DNA of 64,000 nt from Fibrobacteria bacterium (lineage in GTDB: Bacteria; Fibrobacterota; Fibrobacteria; UBA11236): NCBI GenBank assembly GCA_043745805.1, contig JAYTSD010000046.1, positions 1 through 64,000 of the forward strand, given 5' to 3'. Below the pieces are notes generated by a model. It was not told where the DNA came from, ran no database searches, and saw only the letters and a program-made list of their open reading frames with translations. This document shows positions 56,222 to 64,000 of the stretch, piece after piece (the stretch's first letter is position 1; each line of letters starts with the position of its first letter). The position numbers were made by a program, and so were the translations under genes.

Positions 56222-56926
56222 ATGTCACAAAATTATGCGGATAATATTCCTGGCGAAGCGTGTTTGGTAGTTTTTTCCGGTGGACAAGATTCCACTACTT
56301 GTTTGCATTGGGCTTTGAATCGGTTTAAAAAAGTCGAAGCGGTGTTTTTTGACTATGGACAAAGACATCGCATTGAAATGGATTCTGCAAAAAAAATTGC
56401 AGAACTTAATCACGTGCCTCTGCGGATTTTTCGTCTTGATGTATTTCAAGAAATTGGTGGCAATGCTTTAATCGATCCGGCGATGGAAATTGAAGCGGCG
56501 GATACTCAAACGATGTCTTCTTTGCCAAACACCTTTGTACCTGGGCGAAATTTAATTTTTTTAACCTATGCAGCGAGCTTTGCTTATACGCGAGGAATAA
56601 CCGATTTAGTCACTGGCGTTTGCCAAACCGATTATAGCGGTTATCCCGATTGCCGAGATGCCACTATCAAATCATTGGAAAAGGCCTTAGGGCTGGGTTT
56701 AGATTGGGATGGTAAATTGCGTATTCACACCCCGCTAATGTTTTTGACTAAAGCGGATACGGTAAAAATGGCTATCAAGGAAAAAGCGCTAGAATCCTTA
56801 GCTTTTAGCCATACTTGTTATGAAGGAAAATATCCCCCTTGTGGCTTTTGTCCGGCTTGTTTATTGCGTCAAAAGGGTTTTGCCGAAGCGGGTATCAGCG
56901 ATCCTATATTCGATAGTCCCCATTAA
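56222..56926 (+). CDS. queC: 7-cyano-7-deazaguanine synthase
   Basis: FSGGQDSTTC, YGQRH, FVPGRN, SGYPDCR, TCY..CG.CPAC.LR. Confidence 0.97.
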   Translation: MSQNYADNIPGEACLVVFSGGQDSTTCLHWALNRFKKVEAVFFDYGQRHRIEMDSAKKIAELNHVPLRIFRLDVFQEIGGNALIDPAMEIEAADTQTMSSLPNTFVPGRNLIFLTYAASFAYTRGITDLVTGVCQTDYSGYPDCRDATIKSLEKALGLGLDWDGKLRIHTPLMFLTKADTVKMAIKEKALESLAFSHTCYEGKYPPCGFCPACLLRQKGFAEAGISDPIFDSPH

Positions 56927-56953
56927 AACCGACCTTAATTTCATCAGTTGACG

Positions 56954-56989
56954 CGAACCAAACGCAACTTAACTTGCATTTAGTGTCAC
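56954..56989 (+). repeat. 36-bp direct repeat, left of AAA+/DUF4143 gene
   Basis: cgaaccaaacgcaacttaacttgcatttagtgtcac, identical to 58190-58225. Confidence 0.95.
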
Positions 56990-57010
56990 TATATGCTATT
57001 CTATTTGCAT

Positions 57011-58165
57011 ATGGTAAAACGTGATTTTTGGGTTCAACAGCTGCAAACACTTTGGAAAAACCGAACTCTAGTTTGGTTATCGGGTGTGCGTCGTGCCGGT
57101 AAAACCAGTTTATGTCAAGCTTTGCCTAATGTGCAATATTTCGATTGCGAGTTACCTAGCATTCGTCGGGAAATGGAAGATCCTGAATCCTTTTGGGATA
57201 AACTCAAAGGCCAAACCGTTATTTTAGATGAAGTGCATCGCTTAAAAAATCCCTCCGAATTATTGAAGGTGGCAACGGATCATTATAAAACGACTCGTAT
57301 TCTCGCAACAGGATCTTCCACCTTGGGAGCCTCAGCAAAATTCAAAGACACCTTAGCAGGCCGCAAAGCGGAGCTATGGTTGACACCCATGTTAGCTAGC
57401 GATCTCGAAGTTTTTGATAAAGGGAATTTAGAGCGCCGCTTTTTACGCGGAGGCTTGCCGCCATTTTTTCTCGAAAAGAATTTCCCCGAAAAAGAATATC
57501 AAGAATGGATGGATGCCTATTGGGCAAAAGATATTCAAGAATTATTTCGTTTAGAGCGCCGCCATTCCTTTCAGCGCTTTACGGAATTGCTCTTTGCACA
57601 AAGTGGCGGGGTTTTTGAAGCCAATGCTTTCGCGGGACCTTGTGAAGTAAGCCGCACAACCATTGCTAATTATCTAGCGGTGTTAGAGGTAACCTATGTG
57701 GTACAAGTTATTCGCCCCTTTAGCAGTCATCGGCCTAATGAAATTGTAGCTGCGCCTAAAGTTTATGCTTTCGACACCGGCTTTGCAGCTTATTACAAGG
57801 GGTGGACGGATTTGCGTCCCGAAGATATGGGGCATTGTTGGGAGCATTATGTGTTAAATGAATTACAGGGGCGTTTGCAAACGCGAAGCATTTTGTATTG
57901 GCGTGACAAAAGACAACATGAAGTCGATTTTATTTTACAGCGGCGTGGAGAAAATCCTATGGCTATTGAATGCAAATGGTCGGCAGATAGCTTTAATCCT
58001 TCCTCCTTACAGGCTTTTCGTAAACAATATCCCAAGGGGGAAAATATTGTGGTGGCAAATGATATTTCTCGTTCCTTGCTACGTAAATACGAGGGAATAG
58101 AGGTACGTTTTTACAGTCTCAATGGATTCATTGCCCATTTAGAAAAAGCGAAGACTGCGCGATAA
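57011..58165 (+). CDS. AAA+ ATPase (AAA_14) with DUF4143/wHTH and C-terminal PD-(D/E)xK-like domain
   Basis: GVRRAGKT Walker A, ILDEVH Walker B, ATGSS, LAGR, GGLP, PKVYAFDTG, YWRD..EVDFI..IECK; start 57011 (MVKR) or 56993. Confidence 0.9.
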   Translation: MVKRDFWVQQLQTLWKNRTLVWLSGVRRAGKTSLCQALPNVQYFDCELPSIRREMEDPESFWDKLKGQTVILDEVHRLKNPSELLKVATDHYKTTRILATGSSTLGASAKFKDTLAGRKAELWLTPMLASDLEVFDKGNLERRFLRGGLPPFFLEKNFPEKEYQEWMDAYWAKDIQELFRLERRHSFQRFTELLFAQSGGVFEANAFAGPCEVSRTTIANYLAVLEVTYVVQVIRPFSSHRPNEIVAAPKVYAFDTGFAAYYKGWTDLRPEDMGHCWEHYVLNELQGRLQTRSILYWRDKRQHEVDFILQRRGENPMAIECKWSADSFNPSSLQAFRKQYPKGENIVVANDISRSLLRKYEGIEVRFYSLNGFIAHLEKAKTAR

Positions 58166-58189
58166 AGGCCTGTTTTTAACCATTTATAT

Positions 58190-58263
58190 CGAACCAAACG
58201 CAACTTAACTTGCATTTAGTGTCACCAAACGCAAGTAGATTCACATCTAGTGTCACTATATGC
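58190..58263 (+). repeat. 36-bp direct repeat plus a second 31-bp unit, right of AAA+/DUF4143 gene
   Basis: 58190-58225 identical to the left copy; variant unit caaacgcaagtagattcacatctagtgtcac at 58226-58256; then tatatgc as on the left side. Confidence 0.95.
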
Positions 58264-58324
58264 AAATCAAAAAACCTCACTTGTGCCTTAATGATTTTGA
58301 AGTGAGAATCAATTGCTATATTAA

Positions 58325-60397
<2,073 letters not shown>

Positions 60398-60449
60398 ACG
60401 GCTATTGGTTTTTAATAGTCGATAAAAATACTGTAGAGTATCTTGAGTG

Positions 60450-61076
60450 TTACCCTACTTCCAACTCATATAAAACCGTAGAAGTTTTTTTGGAGAGGTA
60501 TAATCCTCCACCTAAATTGCGGAAATATTTCCCCAAATGTTTTTGGTACCAAGCGGCACCCCTTAAAAAAATCCTTCCATCGGTAGATTTTTGATCGCAA
60601 TGCAATTCCCAATCTTTTTGCGTAATAATTTCGAGATATAAAACACCTCGGCAAAGTCGATGCAAATTGGCCAAGGCTTTTTTAAAATCCTTGTCGTTTA
60701 AATACTGCAAAACACTTTGACAAATCACTAAATCAAATTCGCCTTGACCACCATAATCAATTACCGAACCCTGTTCCCAGCCATATTTTTGGCACAGGTA
60801 TTCGCTATATTCCACGCCCGCATAATGCGCTTTCGGAAAATGTTTCGTCAATTCCTTTTTCCAATACCCCAAGCCACAACCCATATCTAAGGTACGTTTA
60901 AGCGGTAAACGTAAATATTCCACATAAGCGAAAACGAAATTAGCCAATAAGGCTGGCCCTTGCTTATCGAATACACGAGTTGTGGGATTCAAGTAAAACT
61001 TTTTATAATAGGCTTTGTCAAAATCGCCGCGCTCAATAAGCTTCTTAGATTTGGATTTTGATGTGGTCATACTCAT
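60450..61076 (-). CDS. Class I SAM-dependent methyltransferase
   Basis: LDMGCGLG, FDLVICQSVLQYL. Confidence 0.85.
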   Translation of the reverse strand: MSMTTSKSKSKKLIERGDFDKAYYKKFYLNPTTRVFDKQGPALLANFVFAYVEYLRLPLKRTLDMGCGLGYWKKELTKHFPKAHYAGVEYSEYLCQKYGWEQGSVIDYGGQGEFDLVICQSVLQYLNDKDFKKALANLHRLCRGVLYLEIITQKDWELHCDQKSTDGRIFLRGAAWYQKHLGKYFRNLGGGLYLSKKTSTVLYELEVG

Positions 61077-61158
61077 TCCTAGGTTGAAGGCACAAGATAA
61101 TAATCAAAGGGAAGACTGCAAAAAATGAAATTATTTCGAAGAAGTATTTTGCTGGCAA

Positions 61159-62019
61159 TTAAAATTTGCGCATCACGGTGAAATGACGATCTTCAACATC
61201 GCAATAATAATCCACTAAATTGCTTTGCGCGGAGCCTGCCGAGACTTGTTCCCAAACTGATAATTCCGCACAGAGTTCGCGAAAACGTTTCGCTTCATCG
61301 TAAGTATGATTAAAACAAATTAAATAGCCACCTGATTTTAACATTTGTGCGGCATGGGCAATAAAATTTTGCGGTTTAAAAAAGCGATTAGGCAAACCCC
61401 ACAGTAAAAGGCCAACCCGCAAAACAAAAGGGTAAAAAAAAGTAATAATATCCATTTCACGATCGGGTGACTTTAAAAAATCCTGTACGCGGTAGGTAAC
61501 ATTTGGGTTATTTCCTTTAGTGACTTGTTCCACATAAGCTTGGGCATAATCATAGCGGGAACGTAAATCGGAGTAAATGCCATAGCCGTCGATTTCAATT
61601 CCCGTTAAAGAAATGTTTCGTGCTACGGTTGTCCCCCAATAACTCATCCATTGATGTAAGGCAAAGACATAATGCCAATCTTGACTGCCCACATCTAAAC
61701 ATTGCAAAACTTTTTCTTTGGGCGCGGTAATACTTTCCGTGGCCTTGTCTAATACATCTAAGAGATAAAGGCTCTTTCTATAGAGTTGTTTAGTGGAATA
61801 TTGCTGAAGAGATGTGAGATGATAGCGCTTAAGTAGTTCGACTTCTTGAAGCTGTGCTTTTTTTTCATCGGCGGAAATTAAATAAGCAAATAGCTTTTCT
61901 TTTTTTTCTTGAATTAATTTTGGTTTGCCACGTGACCAGCGTAAAGTGTTGCGGATAAAAAATGAGATCGCATTACCGGGTAAACGAAGATAAGCTAAAG
62001 GATGTAAAAAACTCGGCAT
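61159..62019 (-). CDS. Putative SAM-dependent methyltransferase
   Basis: CLDVGS, LTGIEID, LKSGG Rossmann motifs. Confidence 0.6.
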   Translation of the reverse strand: MPSFLHPLAYLRLPGNAISFFIRNTLRWSRGKPKLIQEKKEKLFAYLISADEKKAQLQEVELLKRYHLTSLQQYSTKQLYRKSLYLLDVLDKATESITAPKEKVLQCLDVGSQDWHYVFALHQWMSYWGTTVARNISLTGIEIDGYGIYSDLRSRYDYAQAYVEQVTKGNNPNVTYRVQDFLKSPDREMDIITFFYPFVLRVGLLLWGLPNRFFKPQNFIAHAAQMLKSGGYLICFNHTYDEAKRFRELCAELSVWEQVSAGSAQSNLVDYYCDVEDRHFTVMRKF

Positions 62020-62401
62020 AGAAATATTCGTTTAAGTATTCACTGTTATTTCTTTGCGAGTATATCAATTAATTGTAGTGAGAGTAAGGCAATTAAAATC
62101 GTGCAAACAATATAAAGGCTTTTCTAAGTGAGTGAGGATAAAAATCAATTTAAAAGAAGAGCAAAATATTAATCAGAATCAAATCTTTAAGCGCTGATTT
62201 AATACCAAAAACCTCAGATTAAATCGAATGTGCGAAAAAAGCAAAAAAACACCTTGACTTACTCGAACAGCGAATTAAATTACCCATGTCAGCATTTTCG
62301 GTCGCTATGACCTTGCTTATGAAGTAGCTAACTTGTTTCACAACAGATTGCCTTCATCGACTTAACACTAGGCTAAAATTTTGGCCTGTTTCATTTGAGG
62401 T

Positions 62402-63610
62402 ATGCTTATGATGAATAAAAAAATGCCAGTTATCTCGGCAACACTAAATATATTGAAATTGGTTTCAATTGCCGGCTGTTTGGCCGCCTTGCCAATTTTT
62501 GCGCAACCGGATGCTCCTGCTACTGCAGATCACTTATGTGATCCTACACCGGCTGTACCGCTTAAAGCCATTGACACTTTAGCTGATAACTTTGATGTAG
62601 AAGGTTATTCCTCCTTGTTCGATGGAACAACCTTCACCGGATGGTGGCATGATTGCCAATCTGGACATACCGCCGATAAGGTAAATGGCGCTGTTTGGAG
62701 AGTTGATCCAGCTCAACACGCCTTATATTCTACCCAAAGAGGTACAAATGGTGGCCTTTTATTAAGCAAAAGAAAACACGGTAATTACGAAGTTATGTTC
62801 GACATGTGGCCAAGTTTTGGTAATGACGGTGGATGGTTTAACCGTGTGCCAGCTGGTGGAGCCTGTTATCAAACGGTTTTAGATTACATTACTACGGGTG
62901 CTTTTGGTGCTACTTGGGGTGAAGGTGGTTATACTGGCCGCGATCATCGCCCATTCAAATTCGGCGCGAATGATAGCACAATTACAATGGGTACACCCAT
63001 GACTTGGACCGCATTTACCGCAACACAAAATCCAGCTTCATTTGGTTGCCCCACAACTGGCTGTACTCAAACTGAATGGAGAACACTTTGGAACTTGTAT
63101 GGTTGGAACCAAGTTAAAATAAGATTTTATGGTGGATTGGTTGCTGGTGATAGTCTGCATATGAAATCTTGGATGCGCCGCGACGCAACTAAACCTTGGG
63201 TTCCACTATGGGCAGATGCGTTAGTACATACTGATCCAGTCAATTATATGGGTTTCCAAGTTCATGGTGGAGGTCGTTTTGGCGGAGCCAAAGGTAATTG
63301 GTACAGAAATATTAAATGGCGTCCTCTACTTAGCAATGGTGATTTAGCTCCTGTTGGAATTAATAAAGGTGCAGTTAAACTGAGCAACAAAGTTGAGATA
63401 AACACCATTGAAAATGGAATTTCTATCCATGCTTTAACTGACTTTAATGCAACCATTGTGGATTTAAATGGAAAAGTATTGGAAAATTTTTCAGGAAAAG
63501 CTGGAAATTCTGAGCGCACATTCGTTACAAAACAAACAGGTAGACTTTTTGTAGATATCAAAACTGCGAATGGCGTTGAAAGACAACAAATCGTTCGTTT
63601 GCCTAATTAA
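62402..63610 (+). CDS. Secreted DUF1080 (3-keto-disaccharide hydrolase-like) protein with CTD-like tail
   Basis: SLFDGTTFTGW, NYEV.FD, NDGG.F.R, WNQVKI, MGFQVHG, YRNIK; tail IVDLNGKVL..G..FV. Confidence 0.8.
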   Translation: MLMMNKKMPVISATLNILKLVSIAGCLAALPIFAQPDAPATADHLCDPTPAVPLKAIDTLADNFDVEGYSSLFDGTTFTGWWHDCQSGHTADKVNGAVWRVDPAQHALYSTQRGTNGGLLLSKRKHGNYEVMFDMWPSFGNDGGWFNRVPAGGACYQTVLDYITTGAFGATWGEGGYTGRDHRPFKFGANDSTITMGTPMTWTAFTATQNPASFGCPTTGCTQTEWRTLWNLYGWNQVKIRFYGGLVAGDSLHMKSWMRRDATKPWVPLWADALVHTDPVNYMGFQVHGGGRFGGAKGNWYRNIKWRPLLSNGDLAPVGINKGAVKLSNKVEINTIENGISIHALTDFNATIVDLNGKVLENFSGKAGNSERTFVTKQTGRLFVDIKTANGVERQQIVRLPN

Positions 63611-63622
63611 TTAAATCTACTG

Positions 63623-63660
63623 CTTCTCATTATAAATATTCATAGTGAGAAGTTTTTTTA
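63623..63660 (+). terminator. Intrinsic terminator
   Basis: cttctcattat/atagtgagaag stem followed by ttttttt. Confidence 0.7.
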
Positions 63661-63753
63661 AAAATCCTCTTGCAATTCAAAAAACTCTTCCTAAATTTTC
63701 ACGGCTTAATGATTAAGATTCTAATCAGCATTTTTTCCAAAGGTTTTTTTTCC

Positions 63754-64000
63754 ATGAGAACAAGAATTATACTGATTGCTCTCGTTTGCATTGGAGCAAA
63801 TAAACTCTGGGCTGACAGTGAGAAAATAAAAATTCAAGTTCATGGCCAAGGTTGGTTTGATCAGGGTCGTATAATGACAACTTCCGATAGCGTATTGCGT
63901 GATGGTAATACGGAAGGAAACAGCGTTAATATTTCAAATACTTGGCTTAGCTCATTTGGAGCACAGGTTGTTGCTACAGCAGATATAGCTGATAATTTAG
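63754..64000 (+). CDS. 3'-truncated exported protein (possible outer-membrane protein)
   Basis: MRTRIILIALVCIGANKLWADSEKIKIQVHGQGWFDQGRI..., open to the window end; signal peptide. Confidence 0.6.
   Translation, partial: MRTRIILIALVCIGANKLWADSEKIKIQVHGQGWFDQGRIMTTSDSVLRDGNTEGNSVNISNTWLSSFGAQVVATADIADNL

Noticed and set aside
55610..56926. queE-queC as a DNA 7-deazaguanine modification (dpd) system with the adjacent ATPase
   Set aside because: No dpdA/tgt-like or dpdB-K genes are nearby; ordinary queuosine synthesis is the simpler reading, and yhhQ is also present.
62020..62400. Long intergenic region before the DUF1080 gene as a riboswitch or ncRNA
   Set aside because: Only short hairpins; no recognisable conserved RNA motif.

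Overview
AT-rich bacterial chromosomal window, most consistent with a Fibrobacterota or FCB-group organism. This is inferred from many signal-peptide proteins ending in T9SS-CTD/FlgD-Ig-like tails, a Bacteroidota-type PurM and a PorV-like barrel. Most of the window is housekeeping: rnhA, yhhQ, rlmN, rnpB, an RlmD-type methyltransferase, purM, murG, lgt, hemF, cysDNC, xerC, hisC, apbE, queEC, and a TPP riboswitch before thiC. These are interspersed with secreted carbohydrate-active or carbohydrate-binding proteins (CBM32 pair, PQQ sugar dehydrogenase, GH81, DUF1080). Five signals are the most unusual. (1) A small GIY-YIG nuclease gene is embedded in about 10 REP-like hairpins with a conserved loop and covarying stems, arranged as 77-bp direct repeats on both sides; the layout is RAYT/REPIN-like but with a GIY-YIG enzyme. 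(2) An AAA+/wHTH/PD-(D/E)xK (AAA_14+DUF4143) gene is bracketed by perfect 36-bp direct repeats that belong to a 31-bp-period iteron-like array. (3) A putative meroterpenoid or signalling locus combines a class II terpene-cyclase-like protein, a UbiA prenyltransferase, a CPBP protein and an orphan membrane histidine kinase. (4) A stand-alone IS630 HTH gene has its own terminator. (5) An ApbE/NusG-II cluster includes a Gx-EcfT-like fusion. All calls come from reading motifs by eye; no database searches were run.
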